Source: Candidatus Latescibacterota bacterium (GTDB taxonomy: Bacteria; Latescibacterota; UBA2968; UBA8231). Taken from it: a DNA stretch of 64,000 bases. Position numbers and translations under genes: made by a program. Below are positions 27,345-36,363 of the stretch, one piece after another (the first letter of the stretch is position 1; the number at the start of each line of letters is the position of its first letter). The stretch covers positions 4,032,001 to 4,096,000 of the forward strand of contig OZ241867.1 of the NCBI GenBank assembly GCA_965203175.1. The letters run 5' to 3'. Below the pieces are notes generated by a model. The model worked only from the letters and a program-made list of their open reading frames with translations. It did not search any database and was not told the DNA's origin.

Positions 27345-28241
27345 CTACAAGAATGAAAACAGAACCGGCGCGTCATTCGGCATGACGGTTTCTGCAAGGC
27401 ACCACATAGCCTTCTCTGGGCTCCATACGAGTCGCACGAAAAACGGGTAGCGCATCGGCCCCTTTTCAAAGTCGGCGGCCTCTTCAGGCTCTGCAAAGAT
27501 GAACATGAATTGGGCCGCCACCCACTTTTCGCCGGCCTGTAGAGCTTCCTCAATCTCGTTTCCCATGGGAAAAGAACCCATATGGCCCATGGGAAGCAGG
27601 CCGTGGGTCTTGATGTAGTCCACGTAGCGCTCATACTCTCCTTGTAATTCGAATACGCTGTATTTGCTGTCGAAAAAGGAGATGTTGCCGAAGAAGTAAT
27701 CGAGTCCCTTCATGTAGAGGAGTTGCCGGTGCTGGGTTTTTAAGATGGCAAGGGGCGTATCGCCCGCATCGGGGACCGGCTCGGGGATGGGGATACTTAC
27801 CCCCACCGCCTTTAGCGCTTTTAATGCGGCTTTATCTTTGAGACTGGGACCGCTTTCCAAGTCCTTTTTCATCCGCTGTATCTTGTCAGGGTTATCGACA
27901 CCTTCGCGCAAGTAGAAAGTAGCGGCGAGGCTGTCATTGCCGGAGACGGAAAAGGCGACGAGAAAGTCGTAGAGCCAGTCGCGCAGGTCGGCTTCTTGCT
28001 CGGGGGTGATGGGGATGCCTGGCTCGACGGGGATGGCCGCGATGGCCTGCTGCAACTCGGCCCCGGCCTCGACCTGGATCATCTCCAAGCTGTTGATGTA
28101 GTCGAGATAGACTTGGTGCCCGTCGTCATCGGGGGAAAAGCCGCCGTACTGACTTTTAGGCTCGGCAACGGCCGTGCTGGAGATGGCGAACCAAGCGGCA
28201 ATCAGGGCGAAATGCAGGGTGCGAATGGCTAAGGGTTGCAT
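27345..28241 (-). CDS. Hypothetical secreted protein, paralog B
   Basis: ATG 28241 after AAGGAGG; signal peptide; clear homology to 19382..20221. Confidence 0.8.
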   Translation of the reverse strand: MQPLAIRTLHFALIAAWFAISSTAVAEPKSQYGGFSPDDDGHQVYLDYINSLEMIQVEAGAELQQAIAAIPVEPGIPITPEQEADLRDWLYDFLVAFSVSGNDSLAATFYLREGVDNPDKIQRMKKDLESGPSLKDKAALKALKAVGVSIPIPEPVPDAGDTPLAILKTQHRQLLYMKGLDYFFGNISFFDSKYSVFELQGEYERYVDYIKTHGLLPMGHMGSFPMGNEIEEALQAGEKWVAAQFMFIFAEPEEAADFEKGPMRYPFFVRLVWSPEKAMWCLAETVMPNDAPVLFSFL

Positions 28242-28290
28242 GATGCCTCCTTTGTGGAAGGGTGCGGGTTGTCGCTTCGGTAAGAGCCAT

Positions 28291-28307
28291 CGCAACTATC
28301 GTACCAA
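28291..28307 (-). promoter_or_regulatory. Sigma54 (-24/-12) promoter of paralog B / export operon
   Basis: Minus strand TTGGTACGATAGTTGCG; GG and GC correctly spaced; homologous to 20269-20285. Confidence 0.8.
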
Positions 28308-28450
28308 TGAGGGGCCAGCGGTCGCCAAGTGCGCCGATTTCTTTGATTTTATGATCCCTAAATAGCTGTTAAACAATGCTTTATAAAAAAGTGAAGCAAA
28401 TTTATCTCCCATCTCTCTGGCCCTTTGTACAGATCACTTAATGCTCTAAA

Positions 28451-28513
28451 AGTGCGACAATATATCGCATAAGTGCGTCGAATCATCGCTTTAGTGCGCC
28501 CAAACATCGCATG
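28451..28513. promoter_or_regulatory. Three 21-bp-period pseudo-palindromes, candidate enhancer (UAS) for a sigma54 activator
   Basis: AGTGCG-N7-ATCGC(A/T) starting at 28451, 28472 and 28493. Confidence 0.7.
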
Positions 28514-28643
28514 GAGATGTCGGTCGATTGCGACGTAGGTCCTGCTTGGTGGAACGGTGCCTGTTGAGGCAGCGTCTGACGACGTTAGTTAATGCGGAAG
28601 GAGGGGTGGAGAATCGCAGACTGACGGGCGGGGATGGTCGCCT

Positions 28644-30053
28644 TCAGGGCCGGCGGCTGTATTGGCTCACGTCTATGGCGAACTGCTTGATCTTGCGCTG
28701 TAAGTTGCGCCGCCCCAACTGGATCTGCTGAGCGGCTTGGCTGATATTGCCACCCGTTTTCTCTAGGGCGTCGCGTATAAACTGCTCCTCAAAGCGCTGG
28801 CGTGCCTCGTGGAAGAGCGCGTCGGGCCGATCTGTGGCTTCCTCTTCTTCTGTCGCTGCTGGCTCATTTCGTGGGGGAGTGGTCTCTAAGATAGCCGTCG
28901 GCAGGTCCTCCACCTCGATTTCCCGTCCCCTGGCGAGGGCTATGGCACGCATGATCGCGTTCTCCATTTCGCGCACATTGCCCGGCCAGTCGTAGGCTTC
29001 GAGATACTCTAGGGCTTTCTTGCTGACCCCTTGTATCTGTTTGTCGAAGCGGTCGTTTAGGCGGTCGATAAAAAAGTGGCAGAACAAAGGAATGTCGGCC
29101 TTGCGCTGGCGCAGCGGTGGCACGTCGATGGTGACCGCGTTGAGCCGGTAGAACAAATCCTCGCGGAACTGGCCCTCGGCCACAGCCTGCGTCAAATTGC
29201 GGTTGGTCGCGGAAAGGACGCGCACATCCACCTTGTGGGTGTCGGTCGATCCCACAAGTTCGAATTCCCCTTCCTGCAACACGCGCAAAAGCCGGGTTTG
29301 CAATCCCACGTCGAGGTCGCCGATTTCGTCGAGAAATAAAGTGCCGCCGTCGGCCTCCATAAAACGCCCTTTGCGGTCGCGCACCGCGCCGGTGAAAGCA
29401 CCTTTTACGTGCCCGAATAATTCGCTTTCTAGTACGCCTGGGTTTAGGGCCGCGCAGTTGCAACGCACAAAGGGGCCGGCGGCGCGGTCGCTGGCGCGGT
29501 GGATAGCCGCAGCTACGAGCTCCTTGCCGGTGCCGCTCTCGCCGCAGATTAGCACCGGCAGGGGCGTGGAGGCCACGTCTTGAACCAGCCGGTAGATTTG
29601 CCGCATCTGCTCAGTCTCACCAACCATGCCTAACCCCGCGCCTTGTGCTTGGCGCAGACGCTCGTTTTCGGCCCGAAGCTCTTGCAGCTCGCGGATATTG
29701 CCGATGTGGCTGAGGATTTCTTCGGCGTTAAAAGGCTTGGCCAGATACCCATACGCGCCCAGTTTGACAGTTTCTACCGCGCTTTGGAGATCCGCATACG
29801 CCGTTAAGATGAGCACTTCCTCGGGCCGTTCGCGCACATTGAAGTACCGCAGGAATTCGAGGCCGCTCATCTCGGGCATGTGCAAGTCGAGCAGGATGAT
29901 GTCGAAGGATTCTTCTTGTAGGAGCGCCAGGGCCTCGCGCGCATCCGAGCGGGTTTCCACCACAAAGCCTTCACGCCGCAAGATGCTGCTCGACAGCTTC
30001 AACAGGTCCTGCTCGTCGTCAATCATGAGTATTTTGCCGTCGTGCCGGGCCAT
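28644..30053 (-). CDS. Sigma54-dependent response regulator (NtrC/AtoC family)
   Basis: REC, GESGTGKE, intact GAFTGA, FLDEIG, WPGNVRE, Fis HTH. Confidence 0.95.
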   Translation of the reverse strand: MARHDGKILMIDDEQDLLKLSSSILRREGFVVETRSDAREALALLQEESFDIILLDLHMPEMSGLEFLRYFNVRERPEEVLILTAYADLQSAVETVKLGAYGYLAKPFNAEEILSHIGNIRELQELRAENERLRQAQGAGLGMVGETEQMRQIYRLVQDVASTPLPVLICGESGTGKELVAAAIHRASDRAAGPFVRCNCAALNPGVLESELFGHVKGAFTGAVRDRKGRFMEADGGTLFLDEIGDLDVGLQTRLLRVLQEGEFELVGSTDTHKVDVRVLSATNRNLTQAVAEGQFREDLFYRLNAVTIDVPPLRQRKADIPLFCHFFIDRLNDRFDKQIQGVSKKALEYLEAYDWPGNVREMENAIMRAIALARGREIEVEDLPTAILETTPPRNEPAATEEEEATDRPDALFHEARQRFEEQFIRDALEKTGGNISQAAQQIQLGRRNLQRKIKQFAIDVSQYSRRP

Positions 30054-30055
30054 GT

Positions 30056-32194
30056 CTAGGCCTTTTTCTCTCTATTGTAAGGCAGTAAGAGCGCGAAGCA
30101 GGTACCTTTGCCAACGCGGCTGGTAACCTCTATGTGGCCGCCGATTTCCCGTAGCTGGCGCTGGGCGATGGCCAGCCCCAAGCCCGTGCCTTCTCCCGGG
30201 GATTTGGTGGAAAAGAACGGCTCAAAGATGCGGGAGATTTGTTCGGGGGCAATCCCGGTGCCGGTGTCGCAGATTTCTATGGCGACGCCCTCTTGCTCGG
30301 GGCGGGTGCTCACCTGCAAGTGGCCGCCTTGGGGCATGGCTTGGAAGGCGTTGCGGATGATGTTGAGGTAGATGTCCTTGAGCATGTCGCGGTTTATGCG
30401 CACGGCTGGCACCGGCTTGAAGTGCCGCTCAATCGAGATGCCGAGGTGCTCGGCGTGTTTGGTCTCCAAGTCGAGCAATTGCTCCAGCACCTCGGCAGCG
30501 TCTAGCTGCTCTACTAGGTGCTGGGCCGGTCGTGCGAAGTCGAGCAGGCTGCCGACGCGATCGTCTATGCGGCGGATGGCCTCGCGCATCATGCGCAAGG
30601 TCTCGTCGCGTTCCTTTTCTTCTGCGGAACCTAGCCGAGGCAGCAGGTCGCAAGTAGTCTGCACAATGGCGAGGGGGTTTTTGATTTCGTGTGCTACGCC
30701 GGCAGCCACCTCGCCGAGCGCCGATAGTTTTTCGGCCTGCATGTAGCGCAGTTCAAGTAGGTGCTGCTGAGTCCGGTCTTCGACGACTAGCAAGACCTTG
30801 CCGCGATGGCCGTGGCTCAGTTCGGCCTTGTGCAGGTTCCAGTAGCGCATAACGCCCTCGGAGTCTTCGATTGCGAGGCCATCAACTACTTGCAGATTCG
30901 GGTGGGCCTTTAGCCAAGCGAGTATTTGGGCACCGGCGTGGGTCGCGCTCAATTCGGCGGACTGTTCCGGTAGCAGCAAGCTGGCCCACGCTTTGTTGCT
31001 CTGCACGATGCGGTAGTCGGCGTCGAGCACGGCAATGGCGAGGGGATTGTCCTCGATCAGATGGCGCTGCAAGCCCAAGGTGCTTTCCAAGTCCCGCTGG
31101 CGCTCGGCCAGCGTTTGGTCCATCTCGACAAAAGCATCGGCTAGTTCGCCGATCTCGTCTCGGCGCGTTACGGGTGTTCCTATGAGGGGATAGCCGTCCC
31201 GACGGCGACGCACGGCGTGCGTAAGCGAGACGAGAGGCGCGACGACCGAGCTGCGCGTCAGTCCACCCAAAAGCAGCGCCCCTAGGGCAGAAAGCCCGAT
31301 GATCGCATAAATGGAATACAGCACGACCGTGTACGGGGCATACGCCTCGTCTTCGCGCTGTTCAATGGCGACGAGCCAGTCCCAATCGCGCACGGGAGCA
31401 AAGCCCGTGACCCACTTCATGCCTCCCACATCGCGCCACAAGAGGGTTCCCGCTGGCCCGCGCATGGCCTCTATGTGCGGGTGGCGGATCCACGTGTAGA
31501 AGAATTGACGCATGGGCCGTGCCAGATAGTGACCATCGTCGGCGTGGAGTAAGGTCGCATAGCCGGTTTTGCCGAGGCGGACGAGATTTATCTTTTGCCA
31601 GACGCGGTGAAAGTCGAGGCGAGCTATTAGGGCTTGTTGAGGTAGCTGGTCGTCCCGTTCCACTGGTAGCGCGACAAAGAGCTTGGGCGTCTCCTTAAAT
31701 TCTTTGATCAGGGTAACGTACAGGCCATCGGCTGCCACCTTCGCCCAAGTTGCTGCCCAGTCGTAGGAAGCGGGCAATGCAATCGACGCGCTCGCGGCCT
31801 GTATTTGGTTTGGGGCGTCCACTAAGTAGAGCACCTCCACCTCCCTAGATTCGAGGGCGTCCTTTTTGAGCAAAGCATCTACATCCTGCGGCTTGGTTCC
31901 CACAGTGTGTGCGAGGATTCGCAAGTCGTCGGCGACCGGGGAAAAAACGCGGGCGATTTCCGCGGCCGTGCGGTGCGCCATTTCGCGGCGGCTGTCCAGC
32001 ACGGCCTCTTCTATGGCATTGCGGGCCGTGTTCAACACGAAGAGATCGACCAGCAACACGGGCACTAGTCCCAAGGCGAGGTAATAGCCCAGCAGACGCA
32101 GCCACAGCCGTTGCCTTTTACCGCGCCAGCCTTTAAGCCTCACGGCCCAAGTCTTCAGGCTTGAGATCATCTGTCGCATGTGCCGCGCAACCAC
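30056..32194 (-). CDS. Sensor histidine kinase (Cache-like periplasmic domain, HAMP, PAS-like, HisKA, HATPase)
   Basis: 2 TMs, LGKTGYATLL Cache-like segment, RRDEIGELA HAMP, VAHEIKNPL, GEGTGLGL. Start uncertain. Confidence 0.92.
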   Translation of the reverse strand: MVARHMRQMISSLKTWAVRLKGWRGKRQRLWLRLLGYYLALGLVPVLLVDLFVLNTARNAIEEAVLDSRREMAHRTAAEIARVFSPVADDLRILAHTVGTKPQDVDALLKKDALESREVEVLYLVDAPNQIQAASASIALPASYDWAATWAKVAADGLYVTLIKEFKETPKLFVALPVERDDQLPQQALIARLDFHRVWQKINLVRLGKTGYATLLHADDGHYLARPMRQFFYTWIRHPHIEAMRGPAGTLLWRDVGGMKWVTGFAPVRDWDWLVAIEQREDEAYAPYTVVLYSIYAIIGLSALGALLLGGLTRSSVVAPLVSLTHAVRRRRDGYPLIGTPVTRRDEIGELADAFVEMDQTLAERQRDLESTLGLQRHLIEDNPLAIAVLDADYRIVQSNKAWASLLLPEQSAELSATHAGAQILAWLKAHPNLQVVDGLAIEDSEGVMRYWNLHKAELSHGHRGKVLLVVEDRTQQHLLELRYMQAEKLSALGEVAAGVAHEIKNPLAIVQTTCDLLPRLGSAEEKERDETLRMMREAIRRIDDRVGSLLDFARPAQHLVEQLDAAEVLEQLLDLETKHAEHLGISIERHFKPVPAVRINRDMLKDIYLNIIRNAFQAMPQGGHLQVSTRPEQEGVAIEICDTGTGIAPEQISRIFEPFFSTKSPGEGTGLGLAIAQRQLREIGGHIEVTSRVGKGTCFALLLPYNREKKA

Positions 32195-32230
32195 GAAAAA
32201 GCTGCTTTCTCCGTTTCTCGCCGCAGCCCT

Positions 32231-33001
32231 TCAGCGACCGACGACGGCGTCAGAGAAGATGAGGATGCCGAATCGGTTGGCGCGGTGGAAGTCGGCCTTG
32301 GGCGTGCCTGTGTCGGACCACAGCCCAAATTGGCCTTGGTAGCCCTTGGTGCGGTTGAGTCCGGCGCGCCATTGGTCGCCGTCTTGGGGTGGGATCTGCC
32401 CATCCAAGTGGCGGAAATTGTCGTGGGGAATGGAGATTTCGAGGATCCAGCTTTGGTCGGTGTCCGAGTGGTCGTTGAGGGTGCCGTCGTAGGTCGTGGC
32501 GATGACCACGCCTTCGCTCTGCCAAGACGAGTGAATGGCCTTGGTGCGCTCCTTGCCGCCGCGGAAGGCGATGTAGTCGAGCAGCGTGCCGTTGATGTTC
32601 ATCTCATAGCCATAGTAGTTGCCGGGGACTTCCATGTTGGGGGAGGCGAAAATTTCAACGGCGTCCTCTTGGTACACCGCTCCATCGTGCTCGGTTACTT
32701 CTGAGTGCAGATACGGATCGACGCACTCGTAGATGATGTAGAGGTTGTCGTCGTCCCAGAGCAAGCGGGCAGTCGTGGATTGCGGTTCCTCTTTTTCGAG
32801 ATCGCTCCAAGGCATTACAAAGGCAATGGGCGCGGCGCGCTGCCAGTCGGCTTCGTCGAGGCGACCATCGACTTGGATCCCCTCGTTGGTGCGGAGGACT
32901 TGGTAAGTGGGTAGCTCATCAGGAGGAGCTTGGAAGCGGGTGTTCTCTTGGGCGCTGGCAGAGCCAGCAAAGGCGAGGGCGAAGAGCAGACTGTAGAGCA
33001 T
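32231..33001 (-). CDS. Carbohydrate-binding family 9-like (CBM9/DOMON) secreted protein
   Basis: Signal peptide, IQVDGRLDEADW, ARLLWDDDNLY, DAVEIF, WILEISIP. Confidence 0.8.
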   Translation of the reverse strand: MLYSLLFALAFAGSASAQENTRFQAPPDELPTYQVLRTNEGIQVDGRLDEADWQRAAPIAFVMPWSDLEKEEPQSTTARLLWDDDNLYIIYECVDPYLHSEVTEHDGAVYQEDAVEIFASPNMEVPGNYYGYEMNINGTLLDYIAFRGGKERTKAIHSSWQSEGVVIATTYDGTLNDHSDTDQSWILEISIPHDNFRHLDGQIPPQDGDQWRAGLNRTKGYQGQFGLWSDTGTPKADFHRANRFGILIFSDAVVGR

Positions 33002-33030
33002 GGTCAATCCTTTCGACTTTGGTGGTTGGG

Positions 33031-33507
33031 TCAGGCGTTGTTTAGGTAGGGCGTCTCCCCGCGCGAAAATGCCTGGGCGATCTGGTCGCAGCGTTCGTTG
33101 TCTGGGTCGCCGGCGTGGCCTTGGGTGTACTGCCACTGGATGGCGGGCGTATTGAGTTGGTCCAGGGTGCGCCACAGGTCTTGGTTGAGCACGGGTTTTT
33201 TGGCGGCCGTGCGCCAGCTCCGCTTCTTCCAGCCGTGAATCCACTCGGTAATGCCCTTGCGCAGGTACTCGCTGTCCGTAACGAGCGTAATAGCGATGTC
33301 GGATGGGACGGCGCGGAGACCTTCGATGGCTGCTTGCAATTCCATGCGGTTGTTGGTCGTCTCCGGGACGAAGCCGCCTAGCTCCACGACGCGGCCATCG
33401 CCGTAGAGCAGCCGCGCTGCCCAGCCGCCTGGCCCTGGGTTGAACGAACAGGCACCATCGGTGAAAATGGTTACGGTTCTCGCGGGATTGGATTGCTGTT
33501 GTAGCAC
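33031..33507 (-). CDS. rnhA: Ribonuclease HI
   Basis: FTDGACSFNPGPGGW, TTNNRMELQA, TDSEY, GHAGDPDNERCD. Confidence 0.96.
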   Translation of the reverse strand: MLQQQSNPARTVTIFTDGACSFNPGPGGWAARLLYGDGRVVELGGFVPETTNNRMELQAAIEGLRAVPSDIAITLVTDSEYLRKGITEWIHGWKKRSWRTAAKKPVLNQDLWRTLDQLNTPAIQWQYTQGHAGDPDNERCDQIAQAFSRGETPYLNNA

Positions 33508-33678
33508 CGGATTTGCCTTTATTTAGGGGGTGCCGCTAGTTTGGCTACGATAAAACATGGCGCGAGTAAGGGCAATCGAGGGGTATTCATGGTCCTCTGC
33601 CTGATCCTATTTGTGCCCAAGGTGATTGCCTTTAGATTAAGAGCTTCCTTTATCTGAACCTTAGAAAGAAAATGCAAT

Positions 33679-35073
33679 ATGGCAGCGTATGATGTGGCAG
33701 TTATCGGCGGCGGCCCAGGTGGGTATTCAGCCGCTATTCGCGCGCGGCAGTTGGAGTTAAAAACCGCGCTGATTGAAGACGCTGAGTTGGGCGGCACCTG
33801 TCTCAATTGGGGCTGCATTCCCACCAAGGCTCTGCTCAAGCAAGCCGAAGTGTACCAGCTTTTCTTGCGCGCCGAGGAGTTCGGCCTACGAGTTGATAAG
33901 CCGACAGTGGATTGGGATGCGGTCATTAGCCGGAGCCGTCAAGTCGCCGCGCAGTTGTCCAAAGGCGTGGCCTACCTGATGCAGAAGAATCAAGTCGAGG
34001 TGTTCGCTGGCAGGGGCCGATTGACGCCCAGCCGCCAAGTCGCGGTTGAGGACGCCGAGGGCGAGGTCGTGGCCGAGTTAGATGCCGCACATGTGGTGCT
34101 GGCTACAGGCGGTCGTCCCAAATCCATTCCGGGCGTGGAATTCGACGGTGAGCGGATCATCGCCAGCCGCGAGGCCATGATCGTCGCCGAGCAGCCCGCG
34201 TCTCTCGCCATCATCGGGGCCGGAGCCATCGGCGTAGAATTCGCCTATTTCTATCGCGCCTTTGGCAGCAAGGTGCTGCTTTTGGAAGCCCTGCCCCAAG
34301 TCTTGCCGCGCGAAGACGAGGAGATTGCCGCGGGACTGGCTGAGAGTTTGACACGGCAGGGAATCGAAGTGGTGACCGAAGCCCGGGTCGAAGAGGTCAA
34401 AAAACAAAAGCGCGGGGTCGCGTTGCGCTATCGGGTCGGCGAGGAGGAGCAGACGCGGAGAGTGGATCGAGTACTGGTTGCCACCGGCGTCGAGGGCAAT
34501 ATCGAGGGACTGGGGTTAGAAGCGCTGGGCATCCGCACCCGCGACGGCGCAATTGTGGTTGATGAGCGGATGCAGACTAGTGCCAAGGGTATCTACGCGA
34601 TTGGCGATGTGGCCGGTCCGCCGCTGTTGGCGCACGCGGCCACGCAGGAGGGAATTGCGGCCGTCGAGTTTATAGCGGGCCGCGACCGGCCCACCTTGGA
34701 CCCGCGCCAAGTGCCCAACTGCATCTATTGCCATCCGCAAGTGGCCAGCGTTGGCTTGAGCGAAAGCCAAGCGCGCGAAGCCGGGTACGACGTCAAAGTC
34801 GGACGCTTCCCGTTTGCGGCCAGCGGCAAGGGACAAGCAGCCGGGGAAACCGAGGGCTTGGTCAAGCTGATTTTTGATTCGCGCTACGGCGAGTTGTTGG
34901 GCGGTGCCATTCTGGGGGCCGAGGCCACGGAGTTGATCGCCGAATTGACGCTGGCCCTCCGGCTCGAAGCCACGTATGAAGAGCTGTTGGCTACCATGCA
35001 CGCCCATCCGACGCTGTCCGAGGCCGTGATGGAAGCGGCTGGACAGGCATTTGGCGAGGCGATTAACTACTAG
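33679..35073 (+). CDS. lpdA: Dihydrolipoyl dehydrogenase
   Basis: GGGPGGY, GGTCLNWGCIPTK, GAGAIG, HAHPTLSE. Confidence 0.96.
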   Translation: MAAYDVAVIGGGPGGYSAAIRARQLELKTALIEDAELGGTCLNWGCIPTKALLKQAEVYQLFLRAEEFGLRVDKPTVDWDAVISRSRQVAAQLSKGVAYLMQKNQVEVFAGRGRLTPSRQVAVEDAEGEVVAELDAAHVVLATGGRPKSIPGVEFDGERIIASREAMIVAEQPASLAIIGAGAIGVEFAYFYRAFGSKVLLLEALPQVLPREDEEIAAGLAESLTRQGIEVVTEARVEEVKKQKRGVALRYRVGEEEQTRRVDRVLVATGVEGNIEGLGLEALGIRTRDGAIVVDERMQTSAKGIYAIGDVAGPPLLAHAATQEGIAAVEFIAGRDRPTLDPRQVPNCIYCHPQVASVGLSESQAREAGYDVKVGRFPFAASGKGQAAGETEGLVKLIFDSRYGELLGGAILGAEATELIAELTLALRLEATYEELLATMHAHPTLSEAVMEAAGQAFGEAINY

Positions 35074-35082
35074 GATTTGGGA

Positions 35083-36297
35083 ATGAGGAATCATAGTATA
35101 GAGCCTCCCGCGCTTCCACCGCTGGACCAGCTCCTGCCGGCCGAGCCGTTGTTGCTGATGGGGGCTGGGCCGGTGCCGGTGGCGGCGGAGATCGCGCGGG
35201 CGGGCGGCATGGTCATCAACCACTTGGGGCCGACGATGGACCGGCTGGTCGAACACATCAAGCAGTTGGCTGGCTATGCCTTCCAGACGGCCGACGAGCA
35301 CATCTTAGGGATTGGAGGGCCAGCGTCGGCCGCCATGGAGATGGCGATGGGCAATCTGCTGTGGCCGGGCCGTCGCGCCTTGGTGCTGCAAAACGGCTGG
35401 TTCAGCGGGCGCTTCGCCGAGATGGCGGCTGGCGTGGGGGCTGAGGTTGACGTGCTGGCCGTGCCGGAAGGGCAAGCCATCTGCGCTGAGCGCGTCGCCG
35501 AGCGCCTCAAGAATCAGCACTACGACGTAGTGACAATGGTGCAGGGTGAGACGTCGAGCGGCGTCTGCACGACCGAGCTACCGGCGATTGCCCGCTTGTG
35601 CCGCGAGCACGGGGCGCTGGCCGTCGTCGATGCGGTCTGCACGTTGAGTACCATGCCGTTGGAAAAGGACGCTTGGGGCGTTGACGTGGTTTTCACGGGC
35701 AGCCAGAAGGGCCTGTCGTCGCTGCCGGGCGTGGCGCTGATTGCCTTTTCCGACGCGGCTTGGGAGCAGGCACAGCAGCATCCCGGCCCAAGGCCGCACT
35801 GGTGTTTGGACGCACTGCGGGCAGAAAACTTTTGGCGGCAACACCAGTACCACTACACGGCCCCGGTCTCGGGCCTGTTGGCCCTGCACGAAGCCCTGCG
35901 GCTGGTCTGCGAGGAGACGCTGGAGCGCCGCTTTGCGCGGCATCGGCACTCGTCGCTGGCCCTGCAAGCTGGCATCGAGAAGATGGGACTGGTGCTGGCC
36001 GCGCCGCGTCGCATTCGCCTTAACTCGGTGGTGGCAATCCAAGTGCCCGCTGGGGTAGATAGCGCCCGGGTCCGCGCCGATATGTCGAACCGCTTTCACG
36101 TCGAAATCTCCGGGGCCTTTGGCCTCGACATCGTGCGCATCGGCCAGATGGGCGAGCAGTGCCGAGCTCCCCACCTGTTCCGCGTGTTGCACGCCTTGGG
36201 CGGTGCTCTAGCACACGAAGGGGCCAGCGTAGATACTAGCGCGGGTATGGCGGCGCTGGAGTATTATTTGGCGGGCTATGCAGACGACTTGTTTTGA
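35083..36297 (+). CDS. Alanine-glyoxylate/serine-pyruvate aminotransferase family (class V PLP)
   Basis: LLMGAGPVP, GETSSGV, VDAVCT, GSQKGL, RIGQMG. Confidence 0.9.
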   Translation: MRNHSIEPPALPPLDQLLPAEPLLLMGAGPVPVAAEIARAGGMVINHLGPTMDRLVEHIKQLAGYAFQTADEHILGIGGPASAAMEMAMGNLLWPGRRALVLQNGWFSGRFAEMAAGVGAEVDVLAVPEGQAICAERVAERLKNQHYDVVTMVQGETSSGVCTTELPAIARLCREHGALAVVDAVCTLSTMPLEKDAWGVDVVFTGSQKGLSSLPGVALIAFSDAAWEQAQQHPGPRPHWCLDALRAENFWRQHQYHYTAPVSGLLALHEALRLVCEETLERRFARHRHSSLALQAGIEKMGLVLAAPRRIRLNSVVAIQVPAGVDSARVRADMSNRFHVEISGAFGLDIVRIGQMGEQCRAPHLFRVLHALGGALAHEGASVDTSAGMAALEYYLAGYADDLF

Positions 36298-36363
36298 CCT
36301 ATTAAAGGCAACCAAGAGGATGGATAGGTCAATCGGCTGGCATTTCTGTGGAAAGGACTCCTG

